Counted from the first letter of the stretch, positions 1-11,307 are shown. The stretch is DNA of 64,000 nt from Trueperaceae bacterium (GCA_034521815.1 JAXHLW010000013.1:256001-320000), one strand, 5' to 3'. The notes: a model not told the origin generated them from the letters alone. Translations and numbers: made by a program.

Positions 1-2
1 TC

Positions 3-122
3 ACGCTGATCGAGGTGCCGGGCAACGCGCACGACCTCCTTCACGACGTCGCGTCGGAGCAGGTGCTGAGCACGATCGTGACGTGGAGCCTGGAACGCCT
101 TGGCCTCGCCGGCCGCGCGTAG
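3..122 (+). CDS. 3' end of an alpha/beta hydrolase (lysophospholipase-like), truncated by window start
   Basis: Frame from 3 reads TLIEVPGNAHDLLHDVASEQVLSTIVTWSLERLGLAGRA*, matching the typical C-terminal catalytic-His motif (G-x-x-H-x-L-L-x-D/E) and last helix; not in ORF track. Confidence 0.6.
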   Translation, partial: TLIEVPGNAHDLLHDVASEQVLSTIVTWSLERLGLAGRA

Positions 123-162
123 GCCCATAGTCCGTAGGCCGATGGTCCGTAGGCCGGTGCTC
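118..162. repeat. 3 imperfect copies of a 15-bp unit (CGTAGGCCnnnnnTC) spanning the stop codon
   Basis: cgtaggcccatagtc / cgtaggccgatggtc / cgtaggccggtgctc. Confidence 0.75.
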
Positions 163-172
163 CGATCGATCG

Positions 173-1318
173 TCAGTCGTCCAGCCGGAACACCATGAAC
201 TTGAGGTAGCGCCCCTCGGGAAACGACGCCGGAACCGGATGGTCGGCCGGCTGACCGCCACGGTGAACCACGGTGCCGTGGCGGCCGGCCTCGCGCAGGC
301 CGGCGCGGACGGCGCCCTCGAACGCTTTCGGTGACACCTGCGCGGTGCACGACGCGGTCGCCAGCAGGCCGCCCGGCGCGACCAGGCGGGCGGCCCCCGC
401 GTTGAGTCGCCGGTACGCCGCCTCCGCCCTGGCCCGCTGCCGCTTCCGTCGCGCCAACGACGGCGGATCGAGAACGACCAGCTCGAACGCCTCGCGTTCG
501 TCCGCCCAGCGTGGCAGCGCAGCGAACACGTCCTCGTGGACGAGCCGGTGGCGAGACGCCGGCAGGTCGTTCAGCGCGACGTTCCGCTCCGCGTCGCGCA
601 GCGCGGCCTCGGCGACGTCCACGCTCCACGCCTCTCGCGCCCCGCCGTCCAGGGCGTTGACGGTGAAGCCGCCGGCGTAGGCGAACAGGTTCAGCACGCG
701 CGCGTCGCGAGCCAGCTCGCGCACGGTGGCCCGATGCTCGCGGTGGTCGAGGAACAGGCCGGTCTTCTGCCCCTCGCGGACGTTGGCGAGGAACCTGAGC
801 CCGTTCTCGATCACCGTCTCCTCGGGGGGAGGAGCCTCCCCCGCGAGCACCTCGAGGCCGTCCGCGCGGCGCACCACGACGCCCTTCAAGCGGGCCTCGC
901 GCAGCAGCGTCCTGGCGACGAGAGGGAGGTACGGCTCGACCGAGGAGGCGTGGGGCTGGATCACCGCGAACCGGCCGTAGCGGTCGGCGACCACCGCGGG
1001 CAGGCCGTCGCCCTCGCCGTGGATCAGGCGGTAGGCGGTGTGACCGGCCGCGGCCAGAGGGTCCCGCGCCCGGACCGAGCGGGCCACCGCCGCGCGCCAC
1101 CAGGCGTCGTCCGGGGTCGCCTCCCACGAGAACAGGCGCACGCCGATCGCCCCCTCGTCGTCGTACAGGCCGAACGCCACGGCCGAGCCGGCCTCCACGC
1201 GCACCCACTCGCCGACCCGAAGGTCGTGCCGTGGCAGCCGGTCACGGTAGATCCACGGGTGGCCGGAGCGCAGCGCGCGCTCCAGATCGGGCGTCAGCGT
1301 CACGGTGGCGAGACTCAA
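173..1318 (-). CDS. rlmI: RlmI/RlmK-family class I SAM-dependent rRNA methyltransferase (23S m5C1962-like)
   Basis: GHPWIY PUA-like N-terminus, GEGDGLP, GQKTGLFLDHR, LNLFAYAGGF, LDPPS, YLK motifs; TTG start, exact start uncertain. Confidence 0.85.
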   Translation of the reverse strand: MSLATVTLTPDLERALRSGHPWIYRDRLPRHDLRVGEWVRVEAGSAVAFGLYDDEGAIGVRLFSWEATPDDAWWRAAVARSVRARDPLAAAGHTAYRLIHGEGDGLPAVVADRYGRFAVIQPHASSVEPYLPLVARTLLREARLKGVVVRRADGLEVLAGEAPPPEETVIENGLRFLANVREGQKTGLFLDHREHRATVRELARDARVLNLFAYAGGFTVNALDGGAREAWSVDVAEAALRDAERNVALNDLPASRHRLVHEDVFAALPRWADEREAFELVVLDPPSLARRKRQRARAEAAYRRLNAGAARLVAPGGLLATASCTAQVSPKAFEGAVRAGLREAGRHGTVVHRGGQPADHPVPASFPEGRYLKFMVFRLDD

Positions 1319-1357
1319 GGCGTGCTCACCCCTCCATCATGCCAGGCCTGTTCACGT

Positions 1358-2071
1358 TCACGAAAGCCCGGCCAGCGCTTTCGCCTCGGCCAGGACCGCG
1401 TCCAGCATCGGCTCGGTGAGCACGCCGGTGTTCGTGTTCTGGAAGCTGACGTGGTAGCCGTCGATCAATGGCAGCGCGGCCACCTCCGGATACGCCTCGT
1501 CCAGGCGGTGCACCTCGCCGTGGGCGAAGCGGTGGCGGGCCTTCACCAGCCGCGCCCCGCGCGCCTTCACCAGCTCCAGGTAGGCATCGTGCGCGAACGC
1601 GCCCAGCGCCAGGACCACGCGCAGCCGCGGCAGCGCGCCCAGGTCGCCGACCAGCCAGGGGCGGCAGCGGGCCGCCTCGTCGCGCGTGGGCTTGTTGCCG
1701 GGCGGGACGCAGCGCACCGCGGCCGTGATCCACACTCCCCGCAGGCGCAGGCCGTCACCGCGCGACAGGCTGCGGGGCCGGTCCGCCAGGCCCGCCCGGT
1801 GCAGCGCGGGGAAGAGGACCGAGCCGGAGGCGTCGCCGGTGAACTGACGGCCGGTACGGTTCGAGCCGTGCGCGCCGGGCGCCAGCCCCAGCAGCACCAG
1901 CCGGGCCTCCGGATCGCCGAAGCCCGGCACGGGGCGTCCCCAGTACGGCTCGTCGCGGTAGGCGGCCCGCTTGCGGGTGGCCACCGCCTCGCGGTGCTCG
2001 ACCAGGCGCGGGCACGCCGTGCAGCGCTCCAGCTCGCTGGGCAGGCGCTCGTGCGCCGACCACGAGGTCAC
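1358..2071 (-). CDS. udgB: Uracil-DNA glycosylase, family 5 (UdgB-type, 4Fe-4S)
   Basis: C-terminal part of ORF 1358..3334: CTACPRL, GLAPGAHGSNRTGRQFTGD, RCVPPGNKP, YHVSFQNTNTG; GTG at 2071 overlaps the upstream TGA (GTGA). Confidence 0.88.
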   Translation of the reverse strand: MTSWSAHERLPSELERCTACPRLVEHREAVATRKRAAYRDEPYWGRPVPGFGDPEARLVLLGLAPGAHGSNRTGRQFTGDASGSVLFPALHRAGLADRPRSLSRGDGLRLRGVWITAAVRCVPPGNKPTRDEAARCRPWLVGDLGALPRLRVVLALGAFAHDAYLELVKARGARLVKARHRFAHGEVHRLDEAYPEVAALPLIDGYHVSFQNTNTGVLTEPMLDAVLAEAKALAGLS

Positions 2072-3228
2072 GCGTCCGCGAGCGTCCGGGCGATCCGCTG
2101 CAGCGCGTCGTCGACGATGGCGCGCGAGGTCGCGAAGTTCAGGCGCGCGAAGCCGCGGCCGGCAGGGCCGTAGCTGGCGCCGTCGTTCAGGCCCAGGCGC
2201 GCACGCTCCAGCAGCGCGCCGGCGGGGTCGTCCGCCAGCGGCGTGTTCCGGAAGTCCAGCCAGGCGAGGTAGGTGGCCTCGGGCGAGTGCATCCGAACGC
2301 CGGGAAGACGGTCGCTCACGACCTGTGCCACGTGGTCGCGGTTCGCTTTCAGGTACGCCAGCGTGTCGTCCAGCCAGGCGTCCGCGTCGCGCACCGCCGC
2401 CAGGGCTCCCGCCTGCGACACGCTGGGGGCCGGCATCGCGAAGCCGAACATCGCCTCCTTGAACCGCTCCATCACGGCCGGATCCTCGGCGACCGCGAAG
2501 CCGATCTTCAGCCCGGCCAGGTTGAACGCCTTGGTCGGCCCGACCAGGGTGACGGTGCGCCTCGCCACCTCGGGCGACACGGACGCGAACGGCACGTGGG
2601 TCGTGCCGTAGTTCAGGTCGGCGTGGAGCTCGTCGGAGACGACGAACAGGCGGTGCTCCAGCACCCGCTGGGCCAGCGCCTCGAGCTCGGCGCGGTCGAA
2701 CACGCGACCGGTCGGATTGTGCGGGTGACACAGCGCCAGCAGCCGCGTCGACGGGTCGATCGCCGCGTCGAGCGCGTCCAGGTCCAGCCTCCAGCCGCCT
2801 TCGGTCTCGGTCAGGTCGGCCGTCTGGAAGGTCCGTCCCTGCTTCTCGGCCGCCATCCGGAACGGGGGATAGAGCGGCGTCGTCGCCAGCACGCCGTCGC
2901 CCTGCGAGGCGAACGCCTTCACGGCTCCGAACAGCCCCGCCACCGTTCCGGGGACGATCCAGACCGCGTCCGGATCGACCCGCCAGCCGCTGCGACGCTC
3001 CAGCCGGTCGCAGACCGCCTGGCGAAGCCCCGGCAGGCCGCCCCACTCCGGGTAGCCGAACAGGTCGCCGTCGGCGTAGGCGCGAAGGGCCGCGCGGATC
3101 GGCTCGGCCACGGGAAAGTCCATGTCCGCCACCCACAACGGCAGCACGTCGGCGTCGTAGAACCGCCACTTCATCAACGGTCGCGCCCGCAGCGCGTCCA
3201 CGGTCAGGTCGTCGTAGGGGTGAGCCAT
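2068..3228 (-). CDS. patB: MalY/PatB-family PLP-dependent C-S lyase (cystathionine beta-lyase)
   Basis: LPLWVADMDF, PHNPTGRVF, SDELHADL, PTKAFNLAG (PLP Lys), TYLAWLDF, RLNFAT. Confidence 0.9.
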   Translation of the reverse strand: MAHPYDDLTVDALRARPLMKWRFYDADVLPLWVADMDFPVAEPIRAALRAYADGDLFGYPEWGGLPGLRQAVCDRLERRSGWRVDPDAVWIVPGTVAGLFGAVKAFASQGDGVLATTPLYPPFRMAAEKQGRTFQTADLTETEGGWRLDLDALDAAIDPSTRLLALCHPHNPTGRVFDRAELEALAQRVLEHRLFVVSDELHADLNYGTTHVPFASVSPEVARRTVTLVGPTKAFNLAGLKIGFAVAEDPAVMERFKEAMFGFAMPAPSVSQAGALAAVRDADAWLDDTLAYLKANRDHVAQVVSDRLPGVRMHSPEATYLAWLDFRNTPLADDPAGALLERARLGLNDGASYGPAGRGFARLNFATSRAIVDDALQRIARTLADA

Positions 3229-3272
3229 GCGGGAGGATACCCAAGCGGCTCCGGCACCGGTACCGTGAGGGC

Positions 3273-4276
3273 ATGGACCTCGACGTGAGCGTTCCCTCCT
3301 GGGCCAGGCACGTGGTGTCGGACCTCACCGACATGCACCGGGCGCCCCGGCCGGTCGACGCTACGAAGGTCGCGCGCTTTCGGCTGGCGCTTCCGGACGA
3401 CGTCTACTTCGAGTACGGCTTCATGGACGAGGAGGGTCGACTGCGTGCCGATCCCGATGCAGAGGAGCGCGCCGACAACCCCTGGTACGACGAGGCGAGC
3501 TGCGTCCGTGGGCCTCGCTACCGCCCGCACCCGCTGGCGTCGCCGGATCCGGAGGCGGCTCGCGGCCGGACACGCAGGCTCCGCTTCGAGGACGCCAGCG
3601 GCACCCCCCGCCGGGCGACGGTGTACGAGCCCGCCGGCTTGTCGGGGCCGGCACCGTTGGTCCTGGTGCACGACGGCACCGCGTACCAGCGCATCGCGGC
3701 GCTTCCCGCCGTGCTCGAGGCGCAGGTCGCTGCTGGGCGTGTCCGTCCCGCTCGGCTGGCGTTCGTGGACCCGTCGAGGCCCGAGCGACGCGAGGACGAG
3801 TACGGCTTCGGCGCGGACTACCAGGCGTTCCTGCGCGACGTGGCGGTGCCGCGCCTCCGCGACGAAGCCCAAGCGGAGGGTGGCCTGCTGCTGATGGGCG
3901 CGTCGCTGGGCGGGCTGGCCTCGACGCAGCTGGCGCTGCACGATCCTTCCGCCGTGGCAGGCCTGGCGCTGCAGTCGCCGGCGTTCCTCGGTGCGCCCGA
4001 CGAGCGGACGTTCCACGGCACCGAGCGCTCCTGGCTGCTCGAGGCGCTGGCCGCGGACGATCGTGCCCTGCCGTGGCGGGTCTACCAGGAGGTCGGCTCG
4101 ATGGACTGGCTCCACGACGTGAACGCGGAGGCGGCCGAGCGGTTGGCCGAGCGCGTCGACGCGCACCGCTTCGAGGTCCGCCCCGCCGGCCACAACTGGA
4201 CGTTCTGGCGCGACGGGACCGCGCAGGCGCTCGAGCACATCCTGCCGCCCGTCGCGCCCGGCGGTACGATGCCGGC

Positions 4277-4280
<4 letters not shown>
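3273..4280 (+). CDS. Esterase, Fes/enterochelin-esterase-like alpha/beta hydrolase
   Basis: HDG motif, nucleophile elbow GASLGG, QSP, catalytic GHNW(TFW). Confidence 0.8.
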
Positions 4281-5665
<1,385 letters not shown>

Positions 5666-5733
5666 GGGGGCGCCCGCACGGCCTTGGCCGCCTTCGCGGG
5701 CTGGGCCTGCGCGAACTCGGGCACCGGTAGGGC

Positions 5734-6459
5734 TCAGCCGCCCTCGGCGGCCTCCTCCTCGGTCTCGTCGGCCCGCTCGTCGATGATCTCGGCGTCCTCG
5801 GGGAGGAACGTCACGCTGTCGGCCTCCAGGCCGGTGTCCAGCGCGAGGTCCTCGAACACCAGCTCGGCCAGCAGGTCGCCGTCGCGACCGAACAGCTCCA
5901 GGCGGTAGGGCAGCAGGGTCGACTCGGGGATCGTCACCGACACCCACGCGATCTGCGCGTTCTCCTCGACGTTGTCGAGCCGAACGATCGTCGCGGGTCC
6001 GTGCGGCGTCTCGGTCTCGCCGACGGTCGACGCCGCGTACCCCGCGAACAGGCGCTCCAGGTCGAACGTGACCTGGAGCTCCTCGTCGTCGCCGGCGCCG
6101 ATCAGGCCGCCCAGAGCGTCCGGATCGTCGGCGTCGAACAGCGTGACCTGATTGGTCAGGAACGTGTAGTTCGCGACCGTGTCGCCGTCGAGCACCACGA
6201 TGTTGTCCGCCAGGGCGTCGGGCTGCAGCACGTACGCGCTGGCCACGCGTCCTTCGGGGATCGCCTCGACCTCGAGCTCCAGCCGGATCTCCGTGCCGTC
6301 CCCGTCGATCAGCCGGCCGGTCAGCAGGAACGAGACGTCGCCGATCGCCTCGGCGGTCTCCGCGACCCGGTCCAGGAGGGCGTCGGCGTCCTGTTGCGCG
6401 AACGCGACGGAGGCGCTCGCGAGGAGAAGGAGGGCGGTGAACAGGGCAGGTCGAATCAT
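5734..6459 (-). CDS. Secreted LolA-like outer-membrane lipoprotein carrier protein, strongly acidic
   Basis: Signal peptide (..SVAFA/QQ), QPDALADNIVVLDGDTVANYTFLTNQV segment typical of Deinococcota LolA-like proteins; TAGGCT -10 lies 7 nt before ATG 6459. Confidence 0.65.
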   Translation of the reverse strand: MIRPALFTALLLLASASVAFAQQDADALLDRVAETAEAIGDVSFLLTGRLIDGDGTEIRLELEVEAIPEGRVASAYVLQPDALADNIVVLDGDTVANYTFLTNQVTLFDADDPDALGGLIGAGDDEELQVTFDLERLFAGYAASTVGETETPHGPATIVRLDNVEENAQIAWVSVTIPESTLLPYRLELFGRDGDLLAELVFEDLALDTGLEADSVTFLPEDAEIIDERADETEEEAAEGG

Positions 6460-6603
6460 GCGCACCAGCCTACCCCCGCCCCCGCAGGGGGGCGTGAGGG
6501 AAGGGTGAGGCGGGCGCGCGCCAGCGTGAACGCACGTTCAGACGGCCGTCACGAACGCGCCTAGGGGACCGTGCTACCTTCGCTGCACGAAAGGAGGTCG
6601 TTC

Positions 6604-7842
6604 ATGAAACGCATCCTCTCCATTCTCGCGGTCGTGGCCGTCCTTACATCCGTCGTCTCCGCGTTCGCCCAGGGCGTCCGCTTCGAGCCTCGCGCCATCG
6701 TCGTCAATCCTTCACCGTCGTTCGGGGTGACGGTGTTCCTCGACAAGTCGGGCGAGGTCCCGACCTACCGTGTCGGCGAAGAGATCCGCATCAGCGTCCG
6801 CGTCGACCGTGACGCGTTCGTCTACCTCTACAGCCTGCAGCCCGACGGCACGGTGACGCAGATCCTGCCCAACCGTTTCGACGACGAGCATTTCCTGAGG
6901 GCCGGTCAGACGAGGACGTATCCGCCCTCCGGTGCCGGCTACGTGTTCAACGTCGAGCCGCCCACCGGCCTGTCGAAGGTCGTGGCGGTGGCCAGCACCC
7001 GCGAGCTCCAGACCCGGGAGCTGGCCCGCTTCCAGTCCGGTCAGAGCTTCGCGACCAGCGACATCGGCGAGCGCGGCTTCCAGAGCGCGTTCCGGATCGT
7101 CGTGAACCCCGTGCCGCAGTCCGATTGGGTGACCGCCACGACGTACTACGACGTCAGCCGGAGCGGGAGCTCGCAGCCCACCAGGCCGGCGGAAGCGACG
7201 CTGGCGATCGACTCCGATCCCCAGGGCGCGAACGTCTACTTGGACGGCAGCCTCCTAGGCGCCACGCCGCTGCGCGCCACCGCCCAGCCTGGCAACCGCA
7301 GCCTGCGGATCGAGCGGGACGGCTACCGCACGTTCGAGACCACGCTGCGTCTGTCGCCGGGCGAGTCCCGACGCGTGAGCGCCGACCTGGAGCGCGTCCC
7401 GACCACCGGAACGGTGCGGTTCGAGTCGAACCCCGACGGCGCGGACGTGTTCGTGAACGGACGGTTCCAAGGAACCACGCCGATCGCCGCACAAGACTTC
7501 CAGCCCGGCACGTACGACGTGACGTTCGAGCGTTCCGGCTACACCCCCGAGCGGCGTAGCGTCACGGTCGAGCGGGGCCAGAGCCAGACGGTCAGTGTCC
7601 GTCTGAGCCCACGGCTCGGATCGCTTCGAGTGAACGCGAACGTCGGCGGTGCGCAGGTCTTCCTCGACGGCCGGGCCGTCGGAACGATCGCCAGCGGAAG
7701 CGGCGTCCTGAACGTCGAGGAGCTCGAGCCCGGCGATTACCAGCTCACGGTGGTCGCGCCCGGATACGAGACGTTCGTGTCCCGGGTCTCGGTCCGCGCC
7801 GGCGAGATGTCCGACGTTCGACTCCGTCAGTCGCCGCTCTGA
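6604..7842 (+). CDS. Secreted DUF4384 + three PEGA-domain protein (S-layer-associated type)
   Basis: AGGAGG RBS, signal peptide, YRVGEEIRISVRVDRDAFVYLY (DUF4384-like), repeated SxPxGAxVxxDG..G.TP PEGA motifs. Confidence 0.8.
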   Translation: MKRILSILAVVAVLTSVVSAFAQGVRFEPRAIVVNPSPSFGVTVFLDKSGEVPTYRVGEEIRISVRVDRDAFVYLYSLQPDGTVTQILPNRFDDEHFLRAGQTRTYPPSGAGYVFNVEPPTGLSKVVAVASTRELQTRELARFQSGQSFATSDIGERGFQSAFRIVVNPVPQSDWVTATTYYDVSRSGSSQPTRPAEATLAIDSDPQGANVYLDGSLLGATPLRATAQPGNRSLRIERDGYRTFETTLRLSPGESRRVSADLERVPTTGTVRFESNPDGADVFVNGRFQGTTPIAAQDFQPGTYDVTFERSGYTPERRSVTVERGQSQTVSVRLSPRLGSLRVNANVGGAQVFLDGRAVGTIASGSGVLNVEELEPGDYQLTVVAPGYETFVSRVSVRAGEMSDVRLRQSPL

Positions 7843-7872
7843 GCGACCGCGCTCCGAGCGACCGCGCTCTGA
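7835..7872. repeat. About 2.5 copies of a 15-bp unit spanning the PEGA-gene stop codon
   Basis: cgctctgagcgaccg / cgctccgagcgaccg / cgctctga. Confidence 0.75.
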
Positions 7873-7886
7873 CCCGCCCGCACGCC

Positions 7887-7922
7887 ACCGCGGAAGCGTC
7901 CGATCCCGGACGCTTCCGCGGT
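7887..7922 (+). terminator. Perfect 16-bp stem-loop, probable terminator of the PEGA gene
   Basis: ACCGCGGAAGCGTCCG-atcc-CGGACGCTTCCGCGGT; no clear U-tract. Confidence 0.6.
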
Positions 7923-7936
7923 ATGGTGTCGCCTAC

Positions 7937-8770
7937 GTGAAGGAAGCCGCTCCCGACGACACGACCGCGCCCGCGCCGGCCCCCGTCACCGCTTTGGTGC
8001 TGGCGGGCGGTGACGCGTCGGACGCCTTGGCGGCCGCCGTCGGGGCGCCGGCGAAGGCGTTGGTGCCGCTCAAGGGGCGTCCACTCGGGGCGTACGTGCT
8101 CGACGCGCTCCTCGGCGCCGCCTTGGTCCGGCGGATCGTCTGGGTCGGTGCGGCGGACGCCGAGATGCGCAGTCGCGTGGACCTCGTCGTTCCCGGCGGC
8201 CCTAGGCTGGCCGATTCGCTGGCGATCGGGCTGGGAGCCGTCGCGGCGGAGGTGCAAGGTGGCGAGCGACTGTTGCTGGTCAGCGCCGACATCCCTTGGC
8301 TCGGAGCCGACAACGTCGACCGGTTCGTGACCGAGGCCGGAACGGAGCACGATCTGGTCTATCCGGTCGTCTCGCGCGAGGCCTGCGAGGCGGAGTTCCC
8401 GTCGCTCGCCAGGACCTGGGTTCGGCTGGCGGGCGGTGACGTGACCGGCGGCAACGTGATGCTGGCGCGTCCCGAGACGCTCCGCGCGCTGCTTCCCTGG
8501 GTGGACCTCGCCACGCGCGACCGGAAAGCTCCCGTCCGCCTGGCCTGGCGGCTGGGTCCAGGCATGCTGATCGCCCTGCTCGCGGGGCGCGCCACGCTCC
8601 CGATGCTCGAAGCGCGCGTGGGACGACTGCTGGGAGCCGACGTGCGGGCGATCGCCAGCGACGACGCGACGCTGGGCAGCGACATCGATCGCATCGAGCA
8701 GCTTCCCGCCACCCTGCGCCTGTCCGATGGACGAGCCGCCGTCCAACGCGACGAGCCGAGGTCGGCGTGA
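7937..8770 (+). CDS. Nucleotidyltransferase-family protein (MobA-like NTP transferase)
   Basis: ALVLAGG, KALVPL.GRP, SADIP, TGGN, DID motifs. Confidence 0.8.
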   Translation: MKEAAPDDTTAPAPAPVTALVLAGGDASDALAAAVGAPAKALVPLKGRPLGAYVLDALLGAALVRRIVWVGAADAEMRSRVDLVVPGGPRLADSLAIGLGAVAAEVQGGERLLLVSADIPWLGADNVDRFVTEAGTEHDLVYPVVSREACEAEFPSLARTWVRLAGGDVTGGNVMLARPETLRALLPWVDLATRDRKAPVRLAWRLGPGMLIALLAGRATLPMLEARVGRLLGADVRAIASDDATLGSDIDRIEQLPATLRLSDGRAAVQRDEPRSA

Positions 8771-9326
8771 GACGCCCGTCGCAGCTTCGGCTTGCCGCCC
8801 TTTTGGGGCCAGCGCCTCGATCGCGGCCGCGTTGCTGGCCGGCTACCTCGTGCACGTCCTGATCGACGGTGACGGGCGGCTCGGCTTCGGCACCTTCAAC
8901 GCCGCCGGCCTGCTCGAGGGGCTGGTGTTCGTGCTGGCGTTCTCGACCAGCCTCCGCTACGTCCGCAGCGCGCTCAGGCTGCCCAGTCCGACGCTGCTGT
9001 CGTTCGGACTGGTCGCTCCGCCGAACGCGGCCCGGGTGGCGCAGTCGGTTCCGCAGGTCGACGCGGCGCGTGGCCTGCACACCCTCATCGAGAACCGGAT
9101 CGTGATCGTGGAGGAGGACGGCGTCCCCGTCGGCGTGGCCGGCGTCAGGCGCGAGCGCATCACCTCGTGGGAGGAGCTGGTGAAGGTCGACGGCGGCGTC
9201 GCCGTCACCGACCTGCGCCGCGTGCTGGCCCACGAGCCGCTGGTGATCGTCACCGAAGGCGACCAGGTCCGTGGCATCGTCACGCAGGAGATGTACCTGG
9301 CCGGCTTGTGGGGCTCGGTGCGCTAG
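8767..9326 (+). CDS. Membrane protein with two N-terminal TM helices and a degenerate CBS-like C-terminal domain; probable 1-nt frameshift near 8805
   Basis: GTG 8767 overlaps the upstream TGA and reads MRRPSQLRLAALLG; one extra G in the GGGG run joins ORF 8727..9326 (ASASIAAALLAG.., GIVTQE). Confidence 0.55.
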
Positions 9327-9344
9327 GCGCGAGGGCTCGCTGGT

Positions 9345-10217
9345 TCAGGCGCCGGGCGCCGCGATCAGCGCGGACTCGGGGTACGCGACGATCACGAGCG
9401 CGCCAGGACCCAGATGCGTCGCCAGCGCAGGTCCGAGGCGTTGGATCCGGCCTTCGCGCACATCGAGGCGCGACGTCTCGAGCGCCTGCACCAGCGCGCC
9501 TGCGTCGCTCAAGTCGTCACTGGCCACGCCGATCGCGACGCGAACGGGCTGCGGATCGTCGCGCGGCTCCAGCTCTCGAACGATCGCAGCGACCTTCCGC
9601 GTGACGCGCGCCGACGCCAGCGGCACGATCTCGCCCTCCCGCATCGTCAGCAGCGGCTCGACGGACAGCACGCCCGAGACGACTCCGCGCATCCAGCCGA
9701 TCCGGCCTCCGCCGCGCAGCCACGCCAGTCCCGCGGGCGCCAGGACCACCCGACTGGCGTCGCGGATCCGCTCGGCCGCCGCCACGACCTCGTGCGCCCC
9801 TCGACCGGCGGCGGCCGCCCGTGCCGCGGCAAGGACCTGCTCGGCCAGCGCAGGGCCGGCCGCACGCCCGTCGACCACGTGCACGCGGTCCCGCACCCCC
9901 GCTCGCTTCGCGCCCTCGAGCGCGTGCGTCATCGTCTCCGACAGCTTCGACGAGAGATGGATCGATACGACCTCGTCCGCTTCGGCCAGGGCGGCCGCGT
10001 ACACCTCGGCGAAATCCTCCGCGTCCGGGGGGCGCGTCCGCGGCCGGGGCCCGTCGCTACGCATGCGGCGGTACAGCTCGGTCGGCAACAGCTCGCGTCC
10101 GTCCCGGTACGTTTCCTCGCCGATCCGAACGCGCAGGGGGACGGCGACGACGTCGGCGGCAAGCAGGCTGGACGGAGGCAGGTCGCAGCTCGAATCGGTC
10201 ACGACACGGATCGTCAC
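9345..10217 (-). CDS. DegV/FakB-family fatty-acid-binding protein
   Basis: IRVVTDSSCDLP, SIHLSSKLS, GGRIG, HLGPGAL. Confidence 0.9.
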   Translation of the reverse strand: MTIRVVTDSSCDLPPSSLLAADVVAVPLRVRIGEETYRDGRELLPTELYRRMRSDGPRPRTRPPDAEDFAEVYAAALAEADEVVSIHLSSKLSETMTHALEGAKRAGVRDRVHVVDGRAAGPALAEQVLAAARAAAAGRGAHEVVAAAERIRDASRVVLAPAGLAWLRGGGRIGWMRGVVSGVLSVEPLLTMREGEIVPLASARVTRKVAAIVRELEPRDDPQPVRVAIGVASDDLSDAGALVQALETSRLDVREGRIQRLGPALATHLGPGALVIVAYPESALIAAPGA

Positions 10218-10267
10218 GCTCCCACGCTCGCGTCATCGCTATGACGAAATTCTTACAGCGGCCCGCG

Positions 10268-11266
10268 TCAGGAGCCGGCTCGGGCGGCCACGTCCAGGGG
10301 AAGGTACGGCGCCGCGTCGCGGGTCCAATCGGACGGCAGCGGTCCCCTTCGCCGCCGCGCCCGCGCTGCCAGCGCGATCATCGCCCCGTTGTCGGTCGCA
10401 AGCCCCTCCGGGGGCACGCGCACGTTCAGTCCGCTGGCCGCGAGCGCGTCGCGCAGGCGCAGGTTCGCGGCCACGCCGCCGACGACGGTCACGTTCCGGC
10501 ATCCCTCGTGCCGGGCGGCACGAACGAGGGTGCCCACCAGCGCCTCGACCACGGTCCGCTCGAACGACGCCGCCACGTCGGCGGGACGCGCGTCGGGCGT
10601 TCGCTCCAGCAGCACCGCCACGGCGGTCTTGAGCCCGCTGAACGAGAAGTCGAAGCCTTCCTGGCCACGAAGCGGCACGGTCAGCGGATAGGCGTCGGGA
10701 TCGCCGCCGAGCGCCAGCTCGGCCAGGGCCGGCCCTCCGGGGAAGGGAAGGCCGAGCAGCCTCGCGACCTTGTCGAACGCCTCGCCCGCCGCGTCGTCCC
10801 GGCTGCGGCCCAGCTCGGTGGGAACGCCGTCGGCGTCGACGCCGAACAGGCTCGTGTGGCCACCCGACGCCACCAGGCAGAGGTGGCGCTCGCCCTCCAT
10901 GTCGGCGGACGCGAGGTGGCCTTCGAGGTGGTGGACCGGCACGAACGGCACGCCTCGTGCCCAAGCGAGCGTCTTGCCCCAGGTGAGGCCGACCAGCAGG
11001 GCCCCGACGAGGCCCGGTCCGTAGGTGGCCGCGACCAGGTCGACGTCGTGCAGCGTGGCGCCCGCGTCCTCGAGCGCTCGCGCCGCCACGGCGTCGATCA
11101 CCGCGAGATGCTCGCGGCTGGCGCGCTCGGGCACCACGCCACCGAACGGCGCGTGAACCGCGGTCTGCGAGGCGACGACGTTGGCGCGCACGACACCGGA
11201 TTCGATGTCGACGAGGCCGATGCCGGTGTCGTCGCAGGAGGTGTCCACGCCCATGATCAGGGGCAC
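10268..11266 (-). CDS. tsaD: tRNA N6-threonylcarbamoyladenosine transferase
   Basis: DTSCDDT, GGVVPERASREH, HHLEGH, ASGGHT, DDAAGEAFDK, FSFSGLKT, TDNGAMI. Confidence 0.96.
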   Translation of the reverse strand: MPLIMGVDTSCDDTGIGLVDIESGVVRANVVASQTAVHAPFGGVVPERASREHLAVIDAVAARALEDAGATLHDVDLVAATYGPGLVGALLVGLTWGKTLAWARGVPFVPVHHLEGHLASADMEGERHLCLVASGGHTSLFGVDADGVPTELGRSRDDAAGEAFDKVARLLGLPFPGGPALAELALGGDPDAYPLTVPLRGQEGFDFSFSGLKTAVAVLLERTPDARPADVAASFERTVVEALVGTLVRAARHEGCRNVTVVGGVAANLRLRDALAASGLNVRVPPEGLATDNGAMIALAARARRRRGPLPSDWTRDAAPYLPLDVAARAGS

Positions 11267-11307
11267 GGGAGGGACGCTACCACGTCGGCGTCGGGTATCC
11301 TCCCGCC

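Noticed and set aside
1316-1345. Tiny uORF GTG AGC ACG CCT TGA after GGAGG, overlapping the rlmI TTG start
   Set aside because: Equally explained by one missing C (giving MSTPLSLAT..) in an indel-prone assembly; cannot be resolved from the sequence.
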